Positions 31,943 to 43,787 of a stretch of DNA of 64,000 nt are shown here, in pieces. Position numbers and translations under genes: made by a program. Within the stretch, counting starts at the first letter, position 1. Each line of letters starts with the position of its first letter. The DNA comes from an uncultured Desulfospira sp. Lineage in GTDB: Bacteria; Desulfobacterota; Desulfobacteria; Desulfobacterales; Desulfobacteraceae. Under the pieces are notes generated by a model. It saw nothing but the letters and a program-made list of their open reading frames with translations. It did not search any database and was not told where the DNA came from. The DNA lies in assembly GCA_963663165.1 (NCBI GenBank), contig OY760175.1:160001-224000 (forward strand), written 5' to 3'.

Positions 31943-32356
31943 TTAGCTCCTTTTCGTTCCTTTTAATATCCCGCTGGCCAGAGAAATGCTCCGTTTCCCA
32001 TGGTCGATAAGGGATGAGGTTAATTCCCCAATGTCCATCTTAGTTCTAGATGTGACTGCTTTAAGCAAAATGGGGAGGTTGACTCCGGATATCACTTCAA
32101 CTTTTCCCTCCTCGAGAAAAGAGTAACTTAAGTTTGACGGGGTTCCGCCAAACATATCCGTCAGTATAATTACGCCGTTGCCTGACTCTACCTTGGCAAT
32201 GGACCGTTTAATCTTTTTTCTTAAATTGTCCGGATCTTCCTTGATGTCAATGGTCAAAGAAATCAAATCCTCGGGCTTATCCCCGAGTATGAGGCCGGCG
32301 GTGTCTGTCAAGGACCTGCCAAGGTCTCCGTGGGTTACCAGTACAATTCCAATCAT
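31943..32356 (-). CDS. PTS EIIA component, mannose/fructose type
   Basis: IVLVTHG, LTDMFGGTPSN, GVNLP. Confidence 0.9.
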   Translation of the reverse strand: MIGIVLVTHGDLGRSLTDTAGLILGDKPEDLISLTIDIKEDPDNLRKKIKRSIAKVESGNGVIILTDMFGGTPSNLSYSFLEEGKVEVISGVNLPILLKAVTSRTKMDIGELTSSLIDHGKRSISLASGILKGTKRS

Positions 32357-33234
32357 TTTTCCTTGATGTCCCGGTCGATGTCTCTGTTGACGATTCCGGG
32401 AGATAATCCTTTTTGGTTTAGGTGTTCAAAAATGGACCGGGCAATGGCCACGCTCCGGTGTCTGCCGCCGGTGCAGCCGACGGCTATGGTTAAATAGGCT
32501 TTGTTTTCTTTTTTATACAGGGGAATCAGATAGTCAAGAAGGCTGGTGTATTTTTCTAGAAATGTCCGGGTTTCGGGGGCGGACAGGACGAAATCCTTCA
32601 CGGCTTGTGAGTCTCCGTCAAGGGGTTTTAATTCTGGAATAAAATAGGGGTTGTTTAAGAATCTGACGTCGATGACCAGATCGGCATGGCTGGGAATCCC
32701 ATACTTGAACCCAAAAGAAACCAGGTTCAGCTTCATGGGAAGGGCGTTCTGGTTGGGGCTGCCGATCAGGCTTAAAATATGCGCTTTGAGTTCATGGACG
32801 TTAAGACCGGTGGTGTCGATAATATGGTCGGCGGCCTGGCGGACCGGTTCCATGGTTTTCTTTTCAAGCAGGATGCTGTCGATAAGGCCGCCTTCACGGC
32901 TTAGGGGATGAAGCCGTCTGGTCTGGCTGTACCGGTTGACCAGGATGTCTTTGTCCGCCTCAAGAAAGATAATCCGGGGGCTGACGCCAAGGTCTTTCAT
33001 GGCCTTTATTCCGGGTGCAAAGTTTTGAATAAAGGATGTCAGCCGCATGTCCATGACAAAGGCGATTCCCTTGATATCTTCCCCTTGTTTGAGGGGCAGT
33101 TCAAGGAATTTGGGGGCAAGCTCCATGGGCATGTTGTCGATACAGCAAAAGGACGCATCTTCAAAGGCCTGGACAGCGGTGGTCTTTCCCGACCCGGAAA
33201 GGCCGGTAATGATATATAACTTTTTGGTTTTCAT
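32353..33234 (-). CDS. rapZ: RNase adapter RapZ
   Basis: TGLSGSGKT, SFGFKYG.P, DVRFL.NP, GCTGGRHRSV. Confidence 0.95.
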   Translation of the reverse strand: MKTKKLYIITGLSGSGKTTAVQAFEDASFCCIDNMPMELAPKFLELPLKQGEDIKGIAFVMDMRLTSFIQNFAPGIKAMKDLGVSPRIIFLEADKDILVNRYSQTRRLHPLSREGGLIDSILLEKKTMEPVRQAADHIIDTTGLNVHELKAHILSLIGSPNQNALPMKLNLVSFGFKYGIPSHADLVIDVRFLNNPYFIPELKPLDGDSQAVKDFVLSAPETRTFLEKYTSLLDYLIPLYKKENKAYLTIAVGCTGGRHRSVAIARSIFEHLNQKGLSPGIVNRDIDRDIKEK

Positions 33235-33693
33235 TCAGAATTCTTCATCCTGGGCCTGAATGATGTCGTATATGTCCTCGGCTGACTCGGCAAACCTCAG
33301 ACTGTGTTTAAATTCGTCTTTTTTGAGCAGTTTGGAAATCTGTGCCAGGACTTTTAAGTGGCCGCCCGAGGAGTTTTCGGGGGTGAGCAGCAAAAAAAAG
33401 ATGTGAACCGGTTTGTCGTCCAGGGAATCATATTCAACCCCTTTCCGGCTCAGCCCGAATCCGATGGCCACTTCTTTTACTGAATTGAGTTTGCCGTGGG
33501 GAATGGCAATGCCGCCGCCAATGCCGGTGCTGCCAAGTCCTTCCCGTTCCATTAATACCCTTGCAATATCCTTGGCCTCAGCGTTGGTCGTTTTTGAAAC
33601 CGCCAGGGAAAGTTCATTGATAATTCCGGGTTTGTCCGTGGATTTCAGGTCATCGATGATCGCGTCTTTGTATAGCAGTTCACTGATTTTCAT
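33235..33693 (-). CDS. ptsN: PTS EIIA-Ntr-like protein
   Basis: RE.LGSTGIG.GIAIPHG; located in the rpoN cluster. Confidence 0.88.
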   Translation of the reverse strand: MKISELLYKDAIIDDLKSTDKPGIINELSLAVSKTTNAEAKDIARVLMEREGLGSTGIGGGIAIPHGKLNSVKEVAIGFGLSRKGVEYDSLDDKPVHIFFLLLTPENSSGGHLKVLAQISKLLKKDEFKHSLRFAESAEDIYDIIQAQDEEF

Positions 33694-33700
33694 AAGAGAA

Positions 33701-34243
33701 CTATCCCCTGGGCTGAATCAGCCTAAGCTTTCCGTTATTGTGTTTGTAAAGAACATTTAACTGTTCGGTCCTGGCATTGTTGAAAACAAAAAAAGGCGGG
33801 TTGTCTGAATTAAACCTGGCCACGGCATCGTCTATGTCCATAGGCTTTGTGTCGATTATTTCAACAATGAGGTCATCTGATCCCAAGTCATCTTCAAGCG
33901 CATATTCCGGGTCAAATTCAGTCTTTGCCGCTTTATACTGCTGCTTTTTCCCGGACAGGTGCTGCTTGACCTTTTCTTTGTTTTTTTTGATCTGGGCCCG
34001 GACCTTGTCCACAAGGGTATCAATGGATGAGTACATGTTTTCAGAGGCCTCTTTGGCATGAATATTCATCCGGTCACAGGTTAAGGTCAATTCGGCAATA
34101 TGCCGTATTTTTTCAACACTTAATACCACATGGGCCTCTCCGGGGCTGTCCAGCATCCGGTCAAACTTGTCCAGTTTTTTCTGGACATAAGCCTTTAAAG
34201 ACTCGGACGGGTCAATCTGTTTAAATGTCACCGTTGTCTGCAT
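33701..34243 (-). CDS. hpf: Ribosome hibernation promoting factor (long HPF/RaiA)
   Basis: MYSSID...K...QIKK.KEK; C-terminal KPM..DDA...FFVF.N. Confidence 0.92.
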   Translation of the reverse strand: MQTTVTFKQIDPSESLKAYVQKKLDKFDRMLDSPGEAHVVLSVEKIRHIAELTLTCDRMNIHAKEASENMYSSIDTLVDKVRAQIKKNKEKVKQHLSGKKQQYKAAKTEFDPEYALEDDLGSDDLIVEIIDTKPMDIDDAVARFNSDNPPFFVFNNARTEQLNVLYKHNNGKLRLIQPRG

Positions 34244-34253
34244 ATCCGACCTC

Positions 34254-35702
<1,449 letters not shown>

Positions 35703-35703
35703 G

Positions 35704-36426
35704 TTATAATCTAAAATTATCTCCCAGATAGATTTTTTTGGCTATTTCGCTTGCAATAATCCGGTCCGGCGGGCCGGATTCAATCACCACGCCCTGGCTC
35801 ATGATATAAGCCTGGTTGCAGACCCCGAGGGTTTCCCTTACATTGTGATCGGAGATCAGCACCCCGATGCCTCGGCAGGTCAACTGAGTGATGATCTGCT
35901 GGATATCAATTACCGCCAGGGGATCAATGCCGGCAAATGGCTCATCAAGAAGGATAAACTTGGGGTCCGTGGCCAGCACCCTTGAAATCTCCAGACGCCG
36001 CCGTTCTCCTCCGGACAGGGACGAAGCTTTCTGGTCCGCGAGTTTGTGTATGCCAAGTTCTTTCATCAGGCCCTGGGCCTTCTCCTCTATATTGACGCCG
36101 TTTACGGGAAGCACTTCCAAAATAGCGGTAATGTTCTGGCGCACCGTGAGTTTCTTGAATATGGAAGATTCCTGGGGCAGGTAGCCAATCCCTTTTCTTG
36201 CCCTGATGTACATAGGGTCATGGGTGATGTCATCCCGGTCTAAAAAAACCTGTCCCTGGTCCGGCCGGATCAATCCGATGGTCATGTAGAAGGTGGTGGT
36301 TTTTCCCGCACCGTTGGGGCCTAAAAGTCCCGTCACATCACCTTGCTTGACAATAAGGTCCACATGGTCAACCACGGTTTTCCGGTTGTAAATTTTAACC
36401 AGGTTTTTAATTAAAAGTTCTGCCAT
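35704..36426 (-). CDS. lptB: LPS export ABC transporter ATP-binding protein
   Basis: GPNGAGKTT, LSGGERRR, DEPFAGIDP, DHNVRE. Confidence 0.96.
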   Translation of the reverse strand: MAELLIKNLVKIYNRKTVVDHVDLIVKQGDVTGLLGPNGAGKTTTFYMTIGLIRPDQGQVFLDRDDITHDPMYIRARKGIGYLPQESSIFKKLTVRQNITAILEVLPVNGVNIEEKAQGLMKELGIHKLADQKASSLSGGERRRLEISRVLATDPKFILLDEPFAGIDPLAVIDIQQIITQLTCRGIGVLISDHNVRETLGVCNQAYIMSQGVVIESGPPDRIIASEIAKKIYLGDNFRL

Positions 36427-36446
36427 GCCCCCTGTCGGGCTCCTGT

Positions 36447-37100
36447 TTATTTCTTTTTATCCTCAGGGTTATCCTCAGGATCAAAAAAAGCCTCTACACG
36501 GTTGGTGCCGCCACTTTCCACCATGGCCCTGCCGTCTTGTTTGAACAGGGTGATTTTCTTGCCGGTTATCCAGCTTTTACCGGTGAGCAGTCTTGGGGCG
36601 TTTCCCGTCATCACCAGAACTTCGTCGGCCGTGGTATAAACCATTTTGTCTGCAAACGCTTTACGCTCTCCTTCCGTATATTCAACATTGCCGGTGGAAA
36701 CAATTTTTTCGACATTGACCTGCCGGCCGTCCTTGTTTTGATCTGATGCTTGCTTAGGTTTCTGGTCCGAAGAATAAAAATATATCTTTATGGAATCCGC
36801 CAGAATAATGGATTCTTCCCGGGTTGCCCTGACATTGCCGATGAACTCCACCATGGATGAGTCCTGAAGGGCAATCATTTTATCTGAAGTGACATGAAGT
36901 TTTTTATCGGCCGCTTTAGGGGCTGTGTCAGAAGGCTTTTCAGTATCCGTTAAAGCCATTTTCCCCGGGTCTTTTTGTTCCAGGGCGGCATCGGGTTTTT
37001 TGACTTCGGGCTCAGCAGCAACATTTCCTGAAACAATCAAGGCGGCAAGAACCAACATGGTCACAAGGAGTGAAGCATTAAGGGATCTGAGAGGTTTCAC
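36447..37100 (-). CDS. lptA: LPS transport periplasmic protein LptA/OstA
   Basis: Signal peptide, beta-jellyroll pattern (F.GNV.A, TGNV), position between lptC and lptB. Confidence 0.85.
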   Translation of the reverse strand: MKPLRSLNASLLVTMLVLAALIVSGNVAAEPEVKKPDAALEQKDPGKMALTDTEKPSDTAPKAADKKLHVTSDKMIALQDSSMVEFIGNVRATREESIILADSIKIYFYSSDQKPKQASDQNKDGRQVNVEKIVSTGNVEYTEGERKAFADKMVYTTADEVLVMTGNAPRLLTGKSWITGKKITLFKQDGRAMVESGGTNRVEAFFDPEDNPEDKKK

Positions 37101-37656
37101 TTAAATTTCCTTTGACATGTCCTTTTAATGTGATCTTATTTTCGTTTAAATCAACCGCCATGGAGTCGGCTGTAATGACCGATGCATGGTCTTCTACACG
37201 CACCTTTGTTTGGGAGCGTATTATATGTGTTTTTTTCTTATAATGCAACTTGTCAGTTTTCAGGACATAGTTTTCAAACCGGACAACAACATTCTTTAAA
37301 AATGTGATGTCATGGGTTTGGGTGTCTAAAATGCCCTGATCTGAATCCAGGTAAACCTTGCCGTTGTCTTTGGTGTAAAAAATGATGTTCACCTGTTCAA
37401 GTATGGCCTTGTTTTCCTCTTTTTTCAAGGTGGCACTGGCGGCTTTCAGCTGCCATTCCGTGATGCCGTTCTTTTTGGAGATCTGTTCAAGGGCATTGAG
37501 CTTAAAGGCGGCCTGGGAGTCAACGTGGATGTCCGTGAGCTTGGGCGGATCAATGCCTGTCCGGTTAATGAAAAAAAACAGGGCAAGGCCGGCAAACAAC
37601 AGAACCAGAAACCCGCTCAGGGATATGATCACCTTTTTTTTAAGGGCCTGGTTCAT
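37078..37656 (-). CDS. lptC: LPS export periplasmic protein LptC
   Basis: N-terminal TM, W.L.A..A, L.TD.L.Y; synteny. Confidence 0.85.
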   Translation of the reverse strand: MNQALKKKVIISLSGFLVLLFAGLALFFFINRTGIDPPKLTDIHVDSQAAFKLNALEQISKKNGITEWQLKAASATLKKEENKAILEQVNIIFYTKDNGKVYLDSDQGILDTQTHDITFLKNVVVRFENYVLKTDKLHYKKKTHIIRSQTKVRVEDHASVITADSMAVDLNENKITLKGHVKGNLSETSQIP

Positions 37657-38168
37657 GCTAAAAACGGGGCAATGGTCTGATCCCACAGTCCCTGGGCCTT
37701 TAAAATGGCTTCACAGACCTCCCTGACTGCCCCGGATCCACCCCTGGCGCGGGTGACATAATGGGCCCGGGACTGGACCTCTTTGGGGGCATCCGGGACA
37801 CTGAGGGCCGTGCCGGCCCGGGTCATGGCGGGCAGGTCGATGAGGTCGTCTCCCATAAAGGCAATCTGTTCGGGCTTGAGCTTTGTCTTTTCGACAATTT
37901 CATCAAAGGCTTTGGCTTTGTCTCTGATGCCTTCAAAGACCAGGTCAATGTTCAGGTTTTTACACCGGTGGATCAGGGCTTCAGATGCCCGGCCCGTAAC
38001 AATGCCCACACCAATGCCGGCCTGCATCAAAAGCCGGATGCCGATGCCGTCACTTGAGCAAAAGCTTTTGATCTGTTCTCCTGAGTCGGCATAGGTGATG
38101 GTCCCGTCAGTGAGAACCCCGTCAACGTCCAGGAGAAGCAGTTTGATGGCTTTAAAACAGTCTGTCAT
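37653..38168 (-). CDS. kdsC: KDO 8-phosphate phosphatase
   Basis: DVDGVLTDG, GDDLID, GG.GAVRE. Confidence 0.93.
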   Translation of the reverse strand: MTDCFKAIKLLLLDVDGVLTDGTITYADSGEQIKSFCSSDGIGIRLLMQAGIGVGIVTGRASEALIHRCKNLNIDLVFEGIRDKAKAFDEIVEKTKLKPEQIAFMGDDLIDLPAMTRAGTALSVPDAPKEVQSRAHYVTRARGGSGAVREVCEAILKAQGLWDQTIAPFLA

Positions 38169-38177
38169 GGCAGATCC

Positions 38178-38993
38178 TTAAATTTCACAAGCCTTTTTGA
38201 CGGCCAGAAGACAGCGCAGCAACGGTTCCATGTCCGTCAGGCGCATTGAGTTGGGCCCGTCACAAAGGGCTTTTTCCGGGTTGGGGTGGGTTTCAATAAA
38301 CAGGCCGTCGGCCCCTGCGGCCATGGCGGCCCGGGACAGGGTCGGGACAAACTTGCGTTCTCCGGCTGAGGAATCCATGGCCCCGCCCGGCAGCTGCACG
38401 CTGTGAGTGGCGTCAAACACCACGGGGATTCCCAGTTCCCTTAAGATATGGATGGACCTGAAATCGACCACCAGGTTGTTGTACCCGAAACTGCTGCCGC
38501 GCTCGGTAATACAGATGTCTTTTGCCCCTAAGGATTCAGCCTTTTTGATAATATTCCGGCACTCCATGGGGGATAAAAACTGGCCTTTTTTCACGTTTAC
38601 GGGTTTGCCGGTCTGAGCGGCAGCAAGGATGATGTCGGTCTGCCGGCACAAAAAGGCCGGGATTTGGAGCACATCAAGAACCGTGGCCGCTTCCTTGGCC
38701 TGATCCGGCAGATGGATATCTGAAATGACCGGAATGTGAAGCTCGGTTTTAATCCGGTCCAGGATGCCAAGGCCTTTTTCAAAGCCCGGTCCCCTGAACG
38801 ACTGGATGGATGTCCGGTTTGCCTTGTCAAAGGATGCCTTGAAGATGAACGGGATACCCAGCCGGCCCGTTATTTCTTTAAGGGTGCCGGCAATGTCGCA
38901 GGTCAGCTCATAGCTTTCAATTACGCAGGGGCCGGCCATCAGAAAAAAACGGGAACGGTCCGGTTCCACAAGGTCAAAGAAAAAATTTTTCAT
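38178..38993 (-). CDS. kdsA: KDO 8-phosphate synthase
   Basis: [36 protein letters not shown]. Confidence 0.97.
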   Translation of the reverse strand: MKNFFFDLVEPDRSRFFLMAGPCVIESYELTCDIAGTLKEITGRLGIPFIFKASFDKANRTSIQSFRGPGFEKGLGILDRIKTELHIPVISDIHLPDQAKEAATVLDVLQIPAFLCRQTDIILAAAQTGKPVNVKKGQFLSPMECRNIIKKAESLGAKDICITERGSSFGYNNLVVDFRSIHILRELGIPVVFDATHSVQLPGGAMDSSAGERKFVPTLSRAAMAAGADGLFIETHPNPEKALCDGPNSMRLTDMEPLLRCLLAVKKACEI

Positions 38994-39445
38994 AAACAGT
39001 CTTTGTTTAAACCATCCATAACGGTTGTAGAAATAGTGTCTGGCCGATTAATTATAGCCACAGACCTTAAAAGTCAACCCTGATCAACTGTCAAGGCAAG
39101 ATAATTGCATGTGAATTGTCCGCCGTTTGATGTCAGTTTGGAAAAGCAAACAGCTATGCCGCCTTGGTGATCTTTCCGGGAAAGGCTCACCGCAACCCAT
39201 GGACGCCATGGGGTCAGGAAATTCGAAGCCTTGACAGCCTTCAGTCCAAACCGCTTCAGCCGTTAGGAAAAAAAAATTAAACCGTGGCTTTGCGTCAAGA
39301 ATTCCTTGCCAAGTTGCCCCATTACTGGTATTTTTAATGGCATTTTGATTGAGAGGATCTAACCTCTTGAAAAATAAGCGTTATTGTAATTCTCAAAACA
39401 CAGAACCTGGCATCGGAAGCCAGGTTTGACATACGGGCAGCATCC

Positions 39446-40837
39446 ATGAAAAAAATTTTTCTGTTTTTGCTTTTTTTGGTTATCATTGTCCCCCTGGCAT
39501 GGGTTTTGACCTTTAAATATGAGGGGACAGCCCCCGATGTCACCGTTGACCTGCCCTCCATGTACCTTAAAAAATCATATGAGATGTCTTTTATGGCCAT
39601 GGATTCTGGGACCGGACTAAGGAACGTGACCTTGTCCATTATGCAGAAAGGGAACGAAAAAACGCTGCTGGATAGATCTTATCCGGCATCTTCCATATTA
39701 AGTCTCTTTTCAGACAACCGGGTCAGCCAGGAAGAATTTACCGTCCCCATAGAGGCAGAAAAATACGGGATGAGTGATGGCGAAGCCGTTATCCGGATCA
39801 GGGTCAGTGATTACGCCTGGAAATCCTGGAACAAGGGAAATGTCTATTATGCGGAAAAAAAGCTGATCATTGACTCTACGGCACCCAAAGTGCAAATTTT
39901 AAGCCACCAGCATAACATTACAAAAGGCGGGTCAGGCATAGTCATTTACCGGCTTTTTGAAGCAGATATCCAAAGCGGGGTAAAGGTCGACGATAATTAT
40001 TTCCCCGGCTATGCCGGATTGTTTGAGGACGACCATATTTATGCGGCCCTGTTTGCCTTGGATTATACCCAGGGACCGGGTACCAAAATCCGGGTGACGG
40101 CCCGGGATCCAGCCGGGAATATTGCCCAGAAAGGATTCCACCACTACATAAAAGACAAAAAATTTAAAACCGATATATTGAATATTCCGGACCAGTTTCT
40201 GGATACTAAAATGCCGGATTTCAGTGTCGAGGCGGCTTCAGGAGGGGAACGGCCCGGGGATAACCCCATGCTCAATAAATTTTTGGAGGTTAACCGGAAA
40301 CTTCGGGAGGCCAATGTCAAAAAAATTCTGGAAATTCCGGCGAACACGGTAAATGAAATGCTTTGGGAGGGCCGGTTCACCCGCCTTGCCGGGGCTGCCA
40401 ACCGGGCCGGGTTTGCCGACCAGCGCATTTACAAATATAAAGGCCGGGAAATTGACCGGGCGGTGCATATGGGCATTGACCTGGCGTCCACAGCCCATGC
40501 CCCGGTTGGCGCGGCCAACAACGGCCGGGTGATTTTTAGCGGAGATGTGGGGATTTTCGGCAATACCGTGATCATTGACCATGGGTTTGGGCTTTCAAGC
40601 CTTTATGCCCATTTGAGTGGCGTTAATGTGTCAGTTGACGATAAGGTTGCCAAAGGGGATATTATCGGCCAGACCGGTAAGACCGGCCTTGCCGGAGGGG
40701 ACCATCTTCATTTTTCCATAATCGTTCACAACGTATTTGTGACCCCGGTAGAATGGTGGGACAGTTCCTGGATTAAAAATAATATTACATCAAAGATTAA
40801 GGCGGCAGGCCCGTTGAAAAAGACTGAAGGTCGATGA
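39446..40837 (+). CDS. M23 family metallopeptidase
   Basis: N-terminal TM; HMGID, YAHLS, GDHLHF. Confidence 0.9.
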   Translation: MKKIFLFLLFLVIIVPLAWVLTFKYEGTAPDVTVDLPSMYLKKSYEMSFMAMDSGTGLRNVTLSIMQKGNEKTLLDRSYPASSILSLFSDNRVSQEEFTVPIEAEKYGMSDGEAVIRIRVSDYAWKSWNKGNVYYAEKKLIIDSTAPKVQILSHQHNITKGGSGIVIYRLFEADIQSGVKVDDNYFPGYAGLFEDDHIYAALFALDYTQGPGTKIRVTARDPAGNIAQKGFHHYIKDKKFKTDILNIPDQFLDTKMPDFSVEAASGGERPGDNPMLNKFLEVNRKLREANVKKILEIPANTVNEMLWEGRFTRLAGAANRAGFADQRIYKYKGREIDRAVHMGIDLASTAHAPVGAANNGRVIFSGDVGIFGNTVIIDHGFGLSSLYAHLSGVNVSVDDKVAKGDIIGQTGKTGLAGGDHLHFSIIVHNVFVTPVEWWDSSWIKNNITSKIKAAGPLKKTEGR

Positions 40838-40896
40838 AAAAAAGGTGATGGAGTGAGTCCCTTCAGCCTAAACACCTTCAGCCTAATTCCCTAAAT
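40821..40896. repeat. GACTGAAG/CTTCAGCC intergenic repeat family, copy 3
   Basis: AGACTGAAGG...CTTCAGCCTAAACACCTTCAGCCTAATTCCCTAAAT. Confidence 0.7.
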
Positions 40897-40911
40897 ATGT
40901 AAAGGACAGGT

Positions 40912-42075
40912 ATGAGCGACCATACGGTTAACAAAACCTACGAACAGATAAATGAAAAGATCCGCCGGGGTGAGGCGGTTGTGGTTACGGCCGAAGAAGT
41001 GATCGGCATTGCAAAACAGGAGGGGATCGTCAAAGCGGCCCAGCAGGTGGATGTGGTCACCACCGGGACATTTGCCCCCATGTGCTCCTCAGGGGTATTT
41101 ATCAATATCGGCCAGTCCACGCCGGTGGTCCGGACCACCCAGACCTGGTTTAACGATGTGCCGGCGTATTCGGGCCTGGCGGCGGTGGACTGTTATCTTG
41201 GGGCAACCCAGACCCGGGAGGGGGATCCCCACAATGCCTTTCATCCCGGGGAGTTTAATTACGGCGGCGGCCATGTGATCCAGGATCTGGTGGCCGGCAA
41301 GAAAGTGGCGGTGAGGGCTTTAAGTTACGGGACAGACTGTTATCCCAACAGAAAAATTGAAAAGACCGTCACCCTCAAGGACCTGCCCAATGCCATCCTC
41401 TGCAGCCCCCGGAACGGGTATCAGAACTATAACTGCGCCATTAACCGCTCGGATAAAACCAAATATACCTACATGGGGACCTTGAAACCCCGGATGGGGA
41501 ACGCCAGCTACTCGACATCGGGTGCGCTCAGCCCCTTGTTAAATGACCCTTATTTGAAGACCATCGGCCTTGGAACCCGGATTTTCCTGGGCGGAGCCCA
41601 GGGGTATGTGACCTGGTCGGGAACCCAGCATAAAAGTAACGTGGAGCGAGGGGAAAACGGGGTTCCTTTAACCCCTGCCGGCACCCTGATGGTCACCGGG
41701 GATTTAAAACAAATGTCCCCGGAATGGCTGGTGGGCCAGTCTATCAGGGGGTACGGGGTTTCCCTTTCCGTAGGGCTTGGTATCCCCATCCCCATTTTAA
41801 ACGAAGAAATTTTAAAATATACGGCTGTTTCAGATGACGAGATTTTTACTCAGATCGTGGATTACGGGTTTGATTACACCGAGGGCATATCCAAGTCCTA
41901 TGGGCAGGTCAGTTATGGGGAGCTCAAAAGCGGCACCATCATGGTGCGCGGCCAGAAAGTGCCGACGGTTCCCTTGTCCAGCATGGTCAAGGCCAGAAAA
42001 ATAGCCCAGCTTCTGAAAACGGCCATTCAGCAGTCCAGGTTTTTTATCGGCCAGCCTCAGCACATGTTCACTTAA
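40912..42075 (+). CDS. Homocysteine biosynthesis protein (DUF39, aspartate-semialdehyde sulfurtransferase family)
   Basis: INEKI..GEAVVVTAEE, VDVVTTGTF.PMCSSG, GTDCYP, RN.YQNYN, SPL.NDP. Confidence 0.88.
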   Translation: MSDHTVNKTYEQINEKIRRGEAVVVTAEEVIGIAKQEGIVKAAQQVDVVTTGTFAPMCSSGVFINIGQSTPVVRTTQTWFNDVPAYSGLAAVDCYLGATQTREGDPHNAFHPGEFNYGGGHVIQDLVAGKKVAVRALSYGTDCYPNRKIEKTVTLKDLPNAILCSPRNGYQNYNCAINRSDKTKYTYMGTLKPRMGNASYSTSGALSPLLNDPYLKTIGLGTRIFLGGAQGYVTWSGTQHKSNVERGENGVPLTPAGTLMVTGDLKQMSPEWLVGQSIRGYGVSLSVGLGIPIPILNEEILKYTAVSDDEIFTQIVDYGFDYTEGISKSYGQVSYGELKSGTIMVRGQKVPTVPLSSMVKARKIAQLLKTAIQQSRFFIGQPQHMFT

Positions 42076-42123
42076 CCCCCCAACGGCCAGCGCTGGGGAA
42101 AATCCAAAAGGGTGTTACAATTC

Positions 42124-42753
42124 ATGGCGAAAGTTCAAGCAAAAAAGAAAAACCCATGGCGGGAGAATATTGAGGCAATTTTGATTGCCATTGTTATTGC
42201 CCTGTTTATCCGGACATTTATTGTCCAGGCATTTAAAATTCCTTCCGGCTCCATGCTGGAAACCCTCCAGATCGGTGATCAGATTCTGGTCAATAAATTT
42301 ATATATGGCGTTAAAATTCCGTTCACCGGCGGCAAAACCCTGATTCCGGTAAAAGACCCCGAAAGAGGGGATATCGTGGTATTTGTTTATCCCGAAGACC
42401 ACACCAAGGATTTTATCAAGCGCGTGGTTGCTGTGGCAGGGGATACGGTTGAGATTAAAAACAAACAGCTTTATGTAAATGATAAAAAAGTGGTCAATGA
42501 ACCCTATGCTGAACATAAAGACAACCGGGTCATCCCCGCAAACTTCAGCACCAGGGACAATATGGAAAAGAAAACCGTACCGGACCACAAGCTTTTTGTC
42601 ATGGGGGACAACCGGGACAACAGCCATGACTCCAGGTTCTGGGGATTTGTGGACCTGAATGCCGTAAAAGGGGAGGCCTTCATGATCTACTGGTCCTGGA
42701 ACAAGACAAGTTTTGGAGTCAGGTGGGGCAGGATCGGTACGTTATTGTTTTAG
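42124..42753 (+). CDS. lepB: Signal peptidase I
   Basis: IPSGSM, FIKR, MGDNRDNS.DSRFWG. Confidence 0.96.
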   Translation: MAKVQAKKKNPWRENIEAILIAIVIALFIRTFIVQAFKIPSGSMLETLQIGDQILVNKFIYGVKIPFTGGKTLIPVKDPERGDIVVFVYPEDHTKDFIKRVVAVAGDTVEIKNKQLYVNDKKVVNEPYAEHKDNRVIPANFSTRDNMEKKTVPDHKLFVMGDNRDNSHDSRFWGFVDLNAVKGEAFMIYWSWNKTSFGVRWGRIGTLLF

Positions 42754-42845
42754 TAAGCTGTTAGCCATTAGCCGTTGGCTTTTAGCTGACCATAACCAAT
42801 TTCCGTCTAGGACGGTCTTGTCGAGACGGTTTGAAGGAAATATTC

Positions 42846-43787
42846 ATGGTGTTTACCAAGAAAGATATTCTGGACATCAACTCCCTGGACCCGGAGGAAA
42901 TCAACCTGATTCTGGATACGGCCCAGGGAATGAAGGAAATTTCCAAAAGGCCGGTCAAAAAGGTCCCCACCCTTCGGGGAAAGACCATTGTCCTGTTTTT
43001 TCAGGAACCCTCCACCCGGACCAAGCTGTCCTTTGAAATTGCCGCCAAGCGACTGTCTGCGGACACGGTTTCCATTTCAACCTCATCTTCTTCCATTGTT
43101 AAAGGGGAAACCCTTGTGGATACGGCCCGGAACCTTGAATCCATGAACCCGGATATTATTGTCATCCGGCATTCATCCTCCGGGGCGGCCCAGCAGATAT
43201 CCCGAAGGGTGGCCTGTTCCGTGATCAATGCGGGAGACGGCACCCATGCCCATCCCTCCCAGGCCCTGCTGGACATGATGAGCATCCGTGAGAAAAAAGG
43301 CAAAATTGAGGGCTTAAAAATTTCCATTGTGGGGGACATTACCCATTCCCGGGTGGCCCGTTCCGATATCATTGGCCTTTCAAAGCTCGGCGCCCATGTG
43401 TCGGTCTGTGCGCCGGGAACCATGATCCCGCCGGGAATTGAAAATTTGGGGTGCCGGGTGTCTAAAACAATGGAATCCTGCGTGACCGGGGCTGATGTCA
43501 TCATAATGCTCAGAATCCAGAAGGAACGTCAGGAGAAAAATCTTTTCCCATCGGAAAGGGAGTATGCGGCCCTTTACGGGTTGAACCGGGGGCGGCTTGC
43601 CCTGGCCCATGAAAAGGTGGTGGTCATGCACCCGGGCCCCCTGAACCGCGGGGTTGAGATCTCAAGCGATGTGGCCGATTCGGGCTGCTCCATGATCCTT
43701 GAACAGGTCACCAACGGGGTAGCGCTCCGGATGGCCCTCTACTATCTTGTTGCAGGAGGAGGAACCCGTAATGAAGATGCTGATTAG
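42846..43787 (+). CDS. pyrB: Aspartate carbamoyltransferase catalytic subunit
   Basis: EPSTRT, HPSQALLD, HSRVARS, MHPGP.NRG. Confidence 0.97.
   Translation: MVFTKKDILDINSLDPEEINLILDTAQGMKEISKRPVKKVPTLRGKTIVLFFQEPSTRTKLSFEIAAKRLSADTVSISTSSSSIVKGETLVDTARNLESMNPDIIVIRHSSSGAAQQISRRVACSVINAGDGTHAHPSQALLDMMSIREKKGKIEGLKISIVGDITHSRVARSDIIGLSKLGAHVSVCAPGTMIPPGIENLGCRVSKTMESCVTGADVIIMLRIQKERQEKNLFPSEREYAALYGLNRGRLALAHEKVVVMHPGPLNRGVEISSDVADSGCSMILEQVTNGVALRMALYYLVAGGGTRNEDAD

Noticed and set aside
39143..39163. Sigma54 promoter for kdsA (minus strand GGCATAGCTGTTTGC)
   Set aside because: GG-to-GC spacing is 11 nt, not the required 10
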